Origin: Andalucia godoyi And28
Lineage: Eukaryota > Protista > Jakobida
Direction of reading: 5' to 3'
DNA length: 64,000 nt
Assembly (NCBI GenBank): GCA_009859145.1
Contig: VRVR01000045.1
Coordinates: 31,506 to 95,505 of the forward strand
A model generated the notes under the pieces. The model searched no databases. It was given only the letters and a program-made list of their open reading frames with translations, and had not been told where the DNA came from. Below, in pieces: positions 1 to 10,751 of the stretch (the stretch's first letter is position 1; every line of letters begins with the position of its first letter). The position numbers and the translations under genes are program-made.

Positions 1-1
1 G

Positions 2-733
2 ATTTGACGTCGTACCATCTCCGAGCTGCCCGTATGCATTGTTACCCCAGGCTTTCAGAGTTCCATCAGACAACAAGACAAACGCTTGAAATCCTCCGGT
101 GGTCAACGCAATGGCGCCTGACACTCCAGAAACATCCACAGGTGACTGTGCGTCTACGCCTGAACCATCTCCGAGTTGTCCGTCGGCATTCGATCCCCAG
201 CACTTCACACTTCCACCAGTCAGTAATGCGCAAGTGAAGGCTTCTCCAGTGCTGATAGAAATGGCGGTTGTTATTCCAGGAACACTCACAGGTGTCGATT
301 TGGATGAGGATGTACCATCTCCGAGTTGCCCAGCACTGTTCAAGCCCCAGCACTTCACAAGTCCGCCAGAGAGCAGTGCGCAAGTGTACGATACACCAGC
401 GCTGACAGCAATGGCGGTTGTTATTCCTGAAACATTCAGAGGTAACAGTGAGTTGGTCGCTGAACCATCTCCAAGTTGCCCAGCATTGTTGTAGCCCCAG
501 CATTTCATTGTTCCATCAGACAGCACAGCACACGCATGATTGTCTCCCACGCTCGCCGATACAATGGATGATAGTCCTAGAGCAGTAACCGGAGACGGTT
601 GATTATTCTGCGTACCGTCTCCAAGCTGTCCGTACTGATTATCACCCCAACCGGCAACCAGAAATTCTGCATTCGATTGCAGGCAAAGAAAGCCCAGAAT
701 TACACTGAAAAACAGAAACTTGGCCTTCGTCAT
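2..733 (-). CDS. Secreted RCC1/BLIP-II-type repeat protein (3' end runs off the window)
   Basis: Manual minus-strand translation from ATG at 733 is open to the window edge: MTKAKFLFFSVILGFLCLQSNA (signal-peptide-like), then repeats such as WGDNQYGQLGDGT, HACAVLSDGTMKCWGYNNAGQLGDGS, TCALLSGGLVKCWGLNSAGQLGDGT and LKAWGNNAYGQLGDGT. It is absent from the ORF track because there is no stop in the window. Confidence 0.9.
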   Translation of the reverse strand, partial: MTKAKFLFFSVILGFLCLQSNAEFLVAGWGDNQYGQLGDGTQNNQPSPVTALGLSSIVSASVGDNHACAVLSDGTMKCWGYNNAGQLGDGSATNSLLPLNVSGITTAIAVSAGVSYTCALLSGGLVKCWGLNSAGQLGDGTSSSKSTPVSVPGITTAISISTGEAFTCALLTGGSVKCWGSNADGQLGDGSGVDAQSPVDVSGVSGAIALTTGGFQAFVLLSDGTLKAWGNNAYGQLGDGTTSN

Positions 734-1031
734 CGTGAAAGCGCCGTCGCCTGCGCGATGACCAGCAAATTTCTCAAATTCTTTCTTAGAAGAACGCCAA
801 TTTGGCTTGCTGAGGCCGAGTCGCATCTCGCAAGTTGCAACCCGAGGAAGCGTGATTTTTTCTCAATTGCTAAGGGTATTCGCCATCCAGGAAGTTTGTT
901 ACAAAGGGGACAAAAAAAATCGTTCGATCGAATGTGGACGCCGAAGAACACAAACCGTCCGAGCAGATGCTTTCTGGGACACGGTTGCTCAGCGATCCTT
1001 GCGAGCACCGCAAGGCATCCAAGCCATCAGC

Positions 1032-3889
1032 TAGGGGTGTGCAATTTGTTAACTACGGTTAACCTCGTCAATTTTCGGTGAAGTTAACTTCTCCAATCAA
1101 TTCTCTGTCGTCTGCACAAGCCGATTCGAAAAGCTGTGTACTAGCAATGACAGTCAATGAACATCAGTAAAACCTGCTCCCGTGACAGCTCTAAAGAGGA
1201 GCCTCAGGAAGCTGAATTCAGATTGTCGATTCTGTTGCTCTGCTCAGAAAAAGAAATGCATCTTTTCTTCTCGTTTGGCTGATCTGTTGTTTCACAATCA
1301 GAAGCAATTTCTGCATATTAATGGCCGGAATAGCGGAGAAAGAAATTCCTGAACCCTCAGGAAACCCAGAATTGTCGAGAACAGAAAAAAGAGAAAGAAT
1401 TTTGAAATCGCCGATTCGAGAACTGTCAAAAGAATGGGACGCTGCTTTCACTCTCGAGAGCTTGAATGAGGCCCGAATAGCCATTATTCTGCGATACCGA
1501 CTTCCATTCGACACACAATTTGGTGTTCCGCCGAGGAAGACTTCGAAGTCATTCCTGGCAATGCATTCAATAATCTTCCCAGAGTGCCTGGCTGATTCCA
1601 ATCAGGATGTCCTGTTTTGCATGAAATGTCACGCAAAAGTTTGCAACAGCAAAGGCAATACAAACAAAGCTGATGCGCACTGGAAAGAGCACAGACAGTG
1701 GTATGGGTCACAGATTCCTGCAAATGCGACGCCTTCAGGTTCGTGCGAAAGCGAATCAGCTTCTGCCCCTTGAAAAAGAACTGCAACCGATCTGAATCCC
1801 TTTGATTATGTTGCAATGGCAAAGAAAAAACGAGAGATTCAGGATGATCGACAGAGAAGAGGACAATCGATCTTCGAGGAAGATGTAGTGGTCTTTATGA
1901 TTCTGGATATGCAGCCATGGAGTCGAGTGAATTCCGCTGGATTTCGCTACCTCAATGCGCGATATATGCCGTACATCTTGAGAGACCGTACCACCTTCTC
2001 AAGATCGCGTGTTTCACAAGTCATCGACAAAGTTCGTAACATGCTCATTAATCGTGTTTTCGTGCATGTTCCATACTTTTCAATTTGTGCAGATGGGCTG
2101 GACGTCTTCGCGGATGGATCATTATTTGGGGATTACTTGCCATTTCTTAGACGCGCAGTTTCGTCTAAATTCTTCAATACTCAGATTTGCGTTTTGTTCA
2201 TCAGGCAAAGCGGACGTAATTGCTCCTTTAATTCTCAAAAGTATGCAAGCTTTTGGCATCGAATCCAAGGTTTCGTGTCTGACAACTGACAATGCGTTTG
2301 CCATGTCCAACGCTGCAGGACTAGCAAGTCTTCCGCATCTGCCATGTTTCGTTCATACCCTCCAGTTAGCAGTGAATGAGGCGTTATCTTTCTCGCCAGT
2401 TGTCGTGCAATTGGTCGCCTCTGTCAAACGCATTGTGCGCTATTTCAAATCATCATATGTTGGGAAAGGTCGACTGACAGAAACGTTTCAGTCAGCTGGT
2501 CTGAAGATCGACTCCCTTGTGCAGTGTGTGGATACTTGGTGGAACTCTGTGTATGATATGTTGGAGCGTTATTTGGAAGTGCAGGTATCCGTCGAAATGG
2601 TTTTGAGAGCGCTTGACAAATCCAATCTTGTCCTTCCTGAGGGAGCAAACGTTTTGGCGAAGCTGTTAGTGAAGGAGCTCTCGGAGTGTAAGGATATCAC
2701 GCTATACTTTTCAACTGCAACATCCATATCAGCTAGTAGAGTTATTCCAAGAATTATCAAATTATTGGATGCTTTGAATGTCGCGGAGCCTTCACTGCGA
2801 AACAACAGCGCACTGGACTCACTACCTGAGGAAGAAGGCGTTCTGACAGGAGACGCTGAAATGCTGCAAACACCAGATGATGAACTAGAGGAAAGTGCGG
2901 AAGTGTTGGTCATTTCGACGCATCAAGCCACCGAATGTATGCTGAGGTTTGCTTCGAGTCTGCGGTCTGCCATTGCACGACGGCTGTCTCCTTTATTAGG
3001 TAATACCACATTGCTGAAAGCGACTTTCCTAGATCCGGAAACACACATGGCACTGTTCCATTACTGTGCTCGCAGCGTCGGACCGTATGGTCTCCCTGAA
3101 GCGTCCCCCGACTCTCTCTACGTCTCTACAGTGTGCTGGCTTCAACAAGAACTGCTGGGCATTAGGCTCGCAGAGATGTTCAAGGATGACGACACCGCAA
3201 ATTGCTCAATGGCAGTCCATCTTTCAAAATTGGCGCACTCTGAACAAACAAGACAGTTCCAGGCGTGTGGTCTGACTCTGCGACGATTCTGTGAAGACAT
3301 GAACCCCATGCTACGAGATCCTGCGGAAATTCTCGAAAATCACTTAACTGCTGCCATTTATTTTCAGCGGCAGACAGGACATCCTAGTTCTTCGATTACT
3401 GTTTCGAAAGAACTGTCCTTGCTTGCAAGAAAGTACTTATGCTGCATGGCATCTTCCGTCAGCGTGGAACGAGAATTTTCCCTGTCAGGACTTGTTCTGA
3501 ACGATCTTCGAACTTCTCTTGGTGCAGACCTAGCAGAAGCACAGATTTTTGGGAAGGACAATATCGAAATCGTAGAATTTGAACATCCGCGTACGAAAGA
3601 GGCTTGTGTGAATTGGGATCTGAGAGTCCGCTGGAATGAACCGGTTTTCAACGACATCCAAGATGCGTATGTGAAAGTGGATTTTGAGGTATTCGGAACC
3701 CCAAGAAGATTAAATTCGATATTCGCGATGCAGCGCTGTCGTGTCACATCATAATCGGTAATGCGGTAAAGTAACTCAAATGCTATTGCCAATACGGAAA
3801 ATCCTAACAGAAGTTAACTACCATAACTAATTTTTCGGCAAAAGTTAACTTTGGCAACCAATCGGGAGATTGGAAATTGCACACCCCTG
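1032..3889 (+). mobile_element. hAT-superfamily DNA transposon, full-length but probably defective
   Basis: Terminal inverted repeats TAGGGGTGTGCAATTT (1032-1047) and AAATTGCACACCCCTG (3874-3889) match at 15/16. Subterminal GTTAACT motifs occur at both ends and the element encloses a hAT transposase. No 8-bp target-site duplication is visible. Confidence 0.85.
1321..3754 (+). pseudogene. hAT transposase with in-frame stop (1771-1773) and +1 frameshift (~2095-2098)
   Basis: BED-finger-like CMKC...HWKEH; DMQPWSRVNSAGF; SICADG/WTS (first catalytic D, split by one extra base); TTDNA; CFVH (CxxH); TWWNS; C-terminal ASSVSVEREFS dimerisation motif. ORFs 1321-1773 and 1816-2289 share a frame, and 2009-3754 continues in the next frame. 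Confidence 0.85.
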
Positions 3890-4156
3890 GCGCAAGTATG
3901 TGCAGCACGGCTCCGAGCGCATTCCCGTGCACTGCCGACGGAGCTGGCCGGAGCCTGCATCTTTGATGCCTCGCGGTTGGCAGATTTTCCTCGCACAATC
4001 CGCACCTCCCAACTCCGTCTCCGCAAAAGAGTTCACAGTCATCTGGCCCCATTTATTGTTTTTCTTCTTCTTCTTCTTTTCCTGTTTTAACTCACGTCAG
4101 TGATTCAATTTCTTCTGCAATTCTTCTCAAATATTCAAAATTGAAAGGGAAAAAAA

Positions 4157-4822
4157 ATGTCTTGTTCAGTATGGATGGTTACGCTAGTCGCATTCTTTGC
4201 GCTGCTTGCGCGGTCGAGTGCATCCGTGGGCATCGACATGTCGTCCGAGATCTGCTCGACCATGTCTCTTGGCACCTGGCAGTGCCTGCAGTCCCAGGGC
4301 TACTCGTTTGCGATCATCGAGGGCTTCCAGGGCGGCGGAGGAGTGAACCAGAACCTTGCCCAGTGCGTGTCCGACGCCCGGTCTGCTGGGTTTGCCTATG
4401 TCGACACGTATATTTGGAGTGCCCCGTACTGCGGCACCGGCTCCGGCTCTGGCGACGCAAACGCGCTGATGGACTACATTAACGCAAACGGCGTCGATGT
4501 GGGGACCGTGTGGGTCGACGTTGAGTCTGTCGACGGCTGCATGGGCGACACGGGCACCAACGTTGACTTCTACAAGGACATGACGCAGACGTTCTTGAAT
4601 GTCGGGTGGGTGACCGGGGTGTACTCGTCGCCGGGCGAGTGGGGCATGACCATGGGCGACGCGGACATTGCATCCAACTTGCCGCTGTGGGGAGCCACCT
4701 ATTCGTACGAGTGCAACTTTGGCGATGTCGAGCTATTTGGCGGCTGGGGCTCGATTGCAATGATGCAGTACTCGGACGAAGGTAACTCGTGCGGCATCGA
4801 TTACGACCTGTCTTGCTATTAA
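4157..4822 (+). CDS. Secreted GH25-like lysozyme (protist/nematode type)
   Basis: Signal peptide, then VGIDMS...WQCLQSQGYSFAIIEGF, VDTYIW, TVWVDVES, GVYSS...W, LPLWGATY, FGGW...MMQY and a terminal D.D.S motif, typical of amoebozoan/nematode GH25-like lysozymes. Confidence 0.85.
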   Translation: MSCSVWMVTLVAFFALLARSSASVGIDMSSEICSTMSLGTWQCLQSQGYSFAIIEGFQGGGGVNQNLAQCVSDARSAGFAYVDTYIWSAPYCGTGSGSGDANALMDYINANGVDVGTVWVDVESVDGCMGDTGTNVDFYKDMTQTFLNVGWVTGVYSSPGEWGMTMGDADIASNLPLWGATYSYECNFGDVELFGGWGSIAMMQYSDEGNSCGIDYDLSCY

Positions 4823-5175
4823 GGAGCTGGATGGATGCCCTCATATGTACGGTGTCGGCCCTCCAAATCCGTTGTTCGTTGTTCGTTTGAATTTTGGACA
4901 GAATAAAGTAAAAAACTGTCGCGATTTCTTTCCGTTGTGGACAGGACTGTCTGCAAAATACCTTTTTTCCAAAGAGTCGTTATAGATAAAAGAATAATTT
5001 AGAGCGCACAGGCTAGGAAGAGTTACGTTGCCGAGATCCCCATGCACAATCATTACGATGATGTCCTGGTTTTTTGTCTTTGAAGAAATGAATGCAGATC
5101 TTTGTGCATTCACACTGAAACGAAATTTTCACTGAACACATCAACGAGTCAAGAATTCATAGCCTCAGCGCTTCG

Positions 5176-5663
5176 TCAGGCACTCCCACAGCATCCGAAG
5201 TCATCGCATGTAGACCAGCACTGCAGGATACCGCCTCCTCAGCGCCACACGTCAACGGCACACTGTAAGTTTGAGCCGACATCACAAGGAGGACTGCCTG
5301 CAGAACATGCGTTCAAGTTGAACGAGTTAACCTGCCACAGGCCCACATCCGTCGAGCCCTCGGCGTCGGCATCGGCATCACAGGCGTGATAATCACCACC
5401 AGATCCATGCTGCAGAATGCACTGACAACAAGACTGCGACCATCCGGAGCTGATCCCACGAAAACCAATCATTGTGAGTACTCAACACATGACGGGCTGC
5501 TCGAAAACGAAGGAGGGGACAAAACACTGAAATATACGTGCAACTGGGCACATGCTGAGGCAATGTCCGTGTGCGCAGCTCCTGCACAGGTGGAGCAGGG
5601 GGTGGCGTGCACAACAGGAGGAACCGCTGCACAGAAGATCACTGTTGCAAGAAGGACACGTAT
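5176..5663 (-). pseudogene. Decayed secreted c-type/SLT-fold lysozyme-like gene
   Basis: GSTDVGLWQVNS resembles the lysozyme-c motif. The expected catalytic Glu reads HGSGG instead of HESGG. An in-frame TGA at 5241-5239 is followed by GGGILQCWSTC. A signal-peptide-like RVLLATVIFCAAVPPVVHA begins at ATA (5663) rather than ATG, and a probable GT-AG intron lies at about 5450-5540. Confidence 0.65.
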
Positions 5664-5699
5664 GAGTGGACTGGGATATTATGACGCAGATAAAGAATG

Positions 5700-6173
5700 G
5701 TGAACAGGACTTTTCAAAAAAGCTGCTGGCAGCGGAGAAGCAGGTTGGCGATGATGTTTGTTGGTTAGATGCTTACGGCGGCATATCCAAGCACAAACTT
5801 TCAGCAGTTCATTGTCTCAGTGTAGATGCATGGTCGTCAAGTAACCAACTTTATCCTTATGACTGCAGCCGGAAACAGCCGCGAATTACCAGTATTGCAA
5901 CACAGAAGAAACCAGTTACAACACTGGAATCCGCCGCCCCCCCTCACCGGCATCCGCAAGTCCATGCTCGGATTCACAGGATACCACTTTAAGTCTTCCT
6001 TCCAAAAGACCGGTTGTCTTTCAATAAAAAGCACACACGGCGTTTGTGATACATCCAATCGCAGAATTCAGACAGCAGGCAGAAGTGATTCCTCAAAAAG
6101 CCGTCTACGCCGCTCGTTGAACGCTGAAGGTGCGCTCCTCCTGCAGTTCAAAACAGGATCTGCACACATTTAG
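5700..6173 (+). mobile_element. Possible highly degenerate hAT (DUF659-like) transposase remnant
   Basis: Across a frameshift the fragments LSVDAWS, NFILMTAAG, GVCDTSN..TAG and GSAH fall in the order expected for D.W / NF / TDN / CxAH. The match is weak and judged by eye. Confidence 0.25.
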
Positions 6174-7397
6174 GGAACAACAGAAATCTCGCATCACCAC
6201 TCAAAATCGGAAATCATTTGCGGAAACGCTCCTTCAGGGCAATGCTATAAATCAGCAATTACTGAACGACGCACTGAGCAAATGACGGACTCCGTTTGTC
6301 CGTTTATGCCGCGCTTTGGAAAGGTGCTCGTAGGCTTTGGTTGGACAGGATCGGCATCCGTAAAACCATGGGCAGCGAGGAGTTCTGATGGCAGACTCCA
6401 TAACGGAGCTACCCTGCAGGATTTCTGTCGACAAGAGCACGGGTGCGGAGGGCTTAGTGGCTGACACGAAAGACGCCACGACCGCAGGATGCTTGTGAAT
6501 CGCGTGGGGGACGCGGTTGCGAGACGCAAAGATCATGCGATTCAACCGATAACAAGAGTGTTGGACAGCACGAAGTATTTCCTGCTCTCATACCCTGCGA
6601 ATGTAGATAGTGAACAACAAAAGGGCTTGACATCAGTCCTGTTGCTACCTCAATAAAAGTGCAAAAGTATTTAAGACGTCCATGAATGATCTCTTGCTCC
6701 CAGATCATCGGATTTCGCCAGATGCCTCGCTATATAACGAGTGGAAGCAACACAAGAATGAAGAATCATTTGATCTGCACCGCTGCAGAAGGATCTCCGA
6801 TATCCACCCTTTGCTCAGAACTGTAAACAGAACATATTGAATTCGCAAGTCCGTACTTCCTGTTGCTGTCGCTTGACTTTCACACGTTGTGTGCCTGGGA
6901 CGGCGAAGCCCCTCCTCTCGTGTGTTTCAGAGGCACTCTACTGGAACTCGTGAGAATCGACGCATGGACATGGAAACCGGGTGTCCGTTGCAAGACATCG
7001 CGCGGGGTGTGATCCATGCGGTCTTCACGTTTCAGTTTCAAAAATGGGAAATGAGAATGCCACGTGTCACGCGCCTGTGAAGAAACGATCCTGCATAAGG
7101 TTCAAGTGTTGACTAAGGCTGAACTTGCCCTTTCACTGCTCTTCCTTTCCCTCACTGACGTTCTCCGTTCTCGGTTCGCACTTCTCAGCCTTTCTCTCCC
7201 GTTTTCGTATTTTTGCCACTTCCTTGCTTCATTTTTTCCCCTTGCAATTCATTCTTTCTGTAGAGAGTGAGAGAGTTCGGCAGACGACCGCTTGGAACCT
7301 CTCAAGTGGTTCTTCCTCTTTTTTTTCCTTCTTCTTCTTCTGTTTTTCGTTTCTTTTGGATGTTGGCATTGATGGTATTTCATAGGGTTGTTTGAAA

Positions 7398-10300
7398 ATG
7401 AGCCAGCCTCCCTCGCAACAGCATCCAGGCGTTCCTCCAGGGTTTATAGCATCGTCTCCAATGACTTCATTTGCCCCGGCACCTGGTTCAATGTACCAGC
7501 CTCCTCCTCAACCGGCTCGTATGCAATCGCACCAGCCTTCACATCCACCAGGGTCTGGATCAGCACCACCACCTGCTGATGCTGGTCCCATGAGGCCTCC
7601 CGGAGGATTCACGTCTTCGTCCGCTGTGTACTCTCGTCTCCCTCCTTCTTCTTCGCTCCCTGCCCCTCCCGGCTTCGTCTCTCCTGACTTTACCCCTCTG
7701 CACGCAGGTGCACCGACACACCCGCCTCCTCCGTCTGGATTTGCGGGTACTCCGGCCCCGTCTCCGTTTGGCATTGCGCAAGCATCGACTCCGCAGCCGC
7801 CAGGGCAGCCACAAGGTCAATCCCAGGGCCGGATGCTTGAACAGTCGTTCCAGAGTGTTCTGCCTCACCAACCGGCTCCTTGTCCTCCAAGGATGGAATA
7901 TGGACAGCAATTGCCGCCGATGATGCATCATCAACCGTCTCTTGTTGGAGCCCCTCATGGACCCGGCATGAAAATGACGTCGACGTCCGCTTCTGCACCG
8001 CCTGCAGTGCGCCAAGTGAGTGTGAGCCAGCCACTGGCCCGACAAATGGCTCATCAGCAACCGAATATGACGACAAGTGCGCCTGTGCAACTTGCGGATT
8101 CCATGCTTCCTCGCCGAACACGGCCTGTACCTGGTTTTGCTCCTCGATCTGCGATTGAGTTGTCTGTCGGTGTTTTTCCCGCGTCTCCTTCGCTGGTGTC
8201 AAAATTCACTCTTCCCGTCGGCGCGGTTGTTACACCGCTTCATATTCTCCCCTCAGAAGACGGAACAGTTGGAAGGGATACGACTCCTGTCGTGCACTGT
8301 GGTTCATGTGGAGTGGTGCGATGCAGACGATGCAAGGCGTATGTCAATCCGTTTGTGTCATTCACAGACTCCGGACGTCGCTGGATCTGTAATCTGTGTC
8401 GATTTGGAAATAATGTTCCTCCGGAGTACTTCTCGCCACTGGATTCGCAGGGTGTTCGGGTGGACGTTGCGCAGAGACCCGAACTCTCGGTGACCTCTGT
8501 CGAGTTTCTGGCACCTGCAGAAAACATGGTGCGTCCGCCACAGCCGCCGTGTTTTGTATTTGTAATCGATGTTTCTGCGGGTGTTGCTCAAGAAAGCTTG
8601 CCGACATTGACTGACGCACTCGCATCATGTGTTGAAGAACTTCCAGGAGACAAACGCACCTTGGTGTCCATAGTTTGCTTTGATTCTGCAGTCCATCTGT
8701 TTACTGTAGATGGTGAACGGGGTTCGTTCCGCATCTCGACGATTGCGGATCCGCAGCCTGCAGGTGCCGCACCGACTCTTCCCAAAGAGAACTCGGACGG
8801 AAGCGCTGCAGCGTCACCGTTTATGGAGGATGGTCCTCTCTGCCTGCCCGCTCCCGTGTCCTCGTTGCTGATTCCAGCGAAAGACGCACTGCCCACATTG
8901 AAGAAGCTTATTTTGTCTCTTCCTCGCTTGTTCCCATCTCAATCCGTATCTGCGCAGTGCTGCACTGGGACGGCACTGCATTATGCCCTTCGTATCATGG
9001 GGGGCATTGGTGGAAAGCTTGTGCTCTTCCAAGGCTCGCTTCCGACGTTGGGCCGGGGATCGCTGCTTCCAGAGCGTGAGGACTTTAAGCTCTACGGGAC
9101 GGACAAGGAAAAGAATCTGTTGGAGCCTGCAGAGAAGTACTATAAGGACCTTGCACTTGAGTGCTCCCGCCTCCAGGTTGGCGTCGATGTTGTGTTGCTC
9201 GCACCGAACACGGATCGATATACAGATGTCGCGTCGCTTGCCGTTCTTGCTCGAGTTACTGGCGGGGCGTTGATCCGAGCCCCTCCTCAGACCGCTGGTC
9301 GACGAGAAAACTCTGAGAATCCCTGGATCCGTGATGGACGTTTGCGGACTCTCTTGTGTCCCGCTGCGTTGGCACTGGAGGCTTTGATGCGAGTGCGCTC
9401 TTCACTGGGGCTCCGCTGCACGGACTTTTTCGGGAACTTTTATCTCCGATCAACGGACTTGCTGGCTCTCCCGAATGTGTCTGCAAACCAGTCCTTTGGA
9501 GTTATTATTCAACACGCTCCGTCTGCGTCCGGCGGTCCGCAGGTTGTTCCGACACCAGTCGCATATTTGCAGGCTGCTTTGTTGTACACGAGTACGAACG
9601 GCGAGCGCCGTATTCGTGTTCACAATATCCAGCTTCCTGTGTCGAATGCACTGTCTGAAGTTGTTGATTCTGTGAATTCCCGTGTTCTTGCGGACCTCGT
9701 TGCAAGGCAAGCCGCGACGGCGGTACTTGCAGGCACGCAAAAGCTGCAACAAGTTCGCCTTGGCATCCAGGATACTTGCGTTTTCTCTCTGAGGTCCATC
9801 CGTGGAATGTTCCGGACCTCGTATCCTGGACAGGAGGTTGGCTCTCTCGTCTCCAGTGGTATTCTCCCTCGCAATATGGTGATGTATCCGCTGTATGCAT
9901 TGGCATTGTTGAAGCATTCCGCTTTCCGTGCCGATACGGATGTCCGTGCGGATGAGCGCATCGAAGCACTGCAGTCTTTGCTGTTCTACTCGTCGGATGC
10001 CAGCCTGTCTCCTGTTATGATCAACCTGTCTCGTTTCTTCTCCTCCACGGAGCTTACGGGATTGGAGTGCACGGTTCCGCTGTCTCGCGCGTACTTGAAC
10101 ACTGAAGCTGCGTATCTCTTGGTGTATGGCCCAATGCCCGCTGATGCGCTTGTGTGGTTTGGAGCCCAGAGCACAGTCGATGCGGTATCTGTAGGAAGAG
10201 ATTCGAGATTCCAGCGACTGCTGTCTCTTTTTGGAATTAAGAGCGTTCCTGCCGAGAACTGGGTTTCGGAGGGTGGTCGACCTATCCCGTTATCGGCAAA

Positions 10301-10442
10301 TATGTCGACGGCTTCAGTCTCGCAGTTTTCTCAAAAGGCAGAAAAGAAGTTCTGTCGATACCTGGTTGAAGACCGGGGTGCATCCGCGATGAGCTATCTT
10401 GAGTTTATGCAATTCTTGGTCAGTGACATTCCTCCGAAATGA
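7398..10442 (+). CDS. SEC24: COPII coat protein Sec24
   Basis: Pro/Gln-rich N-terminus; zinc finger RCRRCKAYVNPF...WICNLC; trunk domain FVFVIDVS; beta-sandwich YLQAALLYTSTNGERRIRVHN; helical and gelsolin-like regions. First ATG at 7398; no introns. Confidence 0.95.
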   Translation: MSQPPSQQHPGVPPGFIASSPMTSFAPAPGSMYQPPPQPARMQSHQPSHPPGSGSAPPPADAGPMRPPGGFTSSSAVYSRLPPSSSLPAPPGFVSPDFTPLHAGAPTHPPPPSGFAGTPAPSPFGIAQASTPQPPGQPQGQSQGRMLEQSFQSVLPHQPAPCPPRMEYGQQLPPMMHHQPSLVGAPHGPGMKMTSTSASAPPAVRQVSVSQPLARQMAHQQPNMTTSAPVQLADSMLPRRTRPVPGFAPRSAIELSVGVFPASPSLVSKFTLPVGAVVTPLHILPSEDGTVGRDTTPVVHCGSCGVVRCRRCKAYVNPFVSFTDSGRRWICNLCRFGNNVPPEYFSPLDSQGVRVDVAQRPELSVTSVEFLAPAENMVRPPQPPCFVFVIDVSAGVAQESLPTLTDALASCVEELPGDKRTLVSIVCFDSAVHLFTVDGERGSFRISTIADPQPAGAAPTLPKENSDGSAAASPFMEDGPLCLPAPVSSLLIPAKDALPTLKKLILSLPRLFPSQSVSAQCCTGTALHYALRIMGGIGGKLVLFQGSLPTLGRGSLLPEREDFKLYGTDKEKNLLEPAEKYYKDLALECSRLQVGVDVVLLAPNTDRYTDVASLAVLARVTGGALIRAPPQTAGRRENSENPWIRDGRLRTLLCPAALALEALMRVRSSLGLRCTDFFGNFYLRSTDLLALPNVSANQSFGVIIQHAPSASGGPQVVPTPVAYLQAALLYTSTNGERRIRVHNIQLPVSNALSEVVDSVNSRVLADLVARQAATAVLAGTQKLQQVRLGIQDTCVFSLRSIRGMFRTSYPGQEVGSLVSSGILPRNMVMYPLYALALLKHSAFRADTDVRADERIEALQSLLFYSSDASLSPVMINLSRFFSSTELTGLECTVPLSRAYLNTEAAYLLVYGPMPADALVWFGAQSTVDAVSVGRDSRFQRLLSLFGIKSVPAENWVSEGGRPIPLSANMSTASVSQFSQKAEKKFCRYLVEDRGASAMSYLEFMQFLVSDIPPK

Positions 10443-10751
10443 TAGAAGTCCTGCAGATCAGTAGATCGTCATCTCTTTTTGTCCCACAATCCACCTTTCT
10501 TCTGCGTGACTGCGAATCTGCGACTCAGAGAAGGCACACATTTCCAAAGGCGTTCTTGGCGACTTTGTGCTGAATTTCCTTTTTTTTCTTCTTCTTCCGA
10601 GGCTCAGATATGCCAGGAAATGTGGAAACTCTCGTTCAAACTCATCAAGCGAGAGGACTCGTCAAATGCACACATCAAGCAACCGCTGAGAACACACGCC
10701 TCGTTGAGATGAAGGATGTAGTGGATCACAGAGACGACGGCGAAGAACAGT

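Noticed and set aside
99-494. Plus-strand ORF with PSPSCP...PQHFT repeats
   Set aside because: Antisense shadow of the RCC1-repeat gene on the minus strand.
3804-4052. Minus-strand ORF running into the transposon end, possibly a gene disrupted by the insertion
   Set aside because: No recognisable motif, no TSD and no convincing continuation beyond 1031.
1771-5241. Two in-frame TGA codons suggesting TGA reassignment or selenocysteine
   Set aside because: Many intact genes here end in TGA, and both cases lie in sequences with other lesions.
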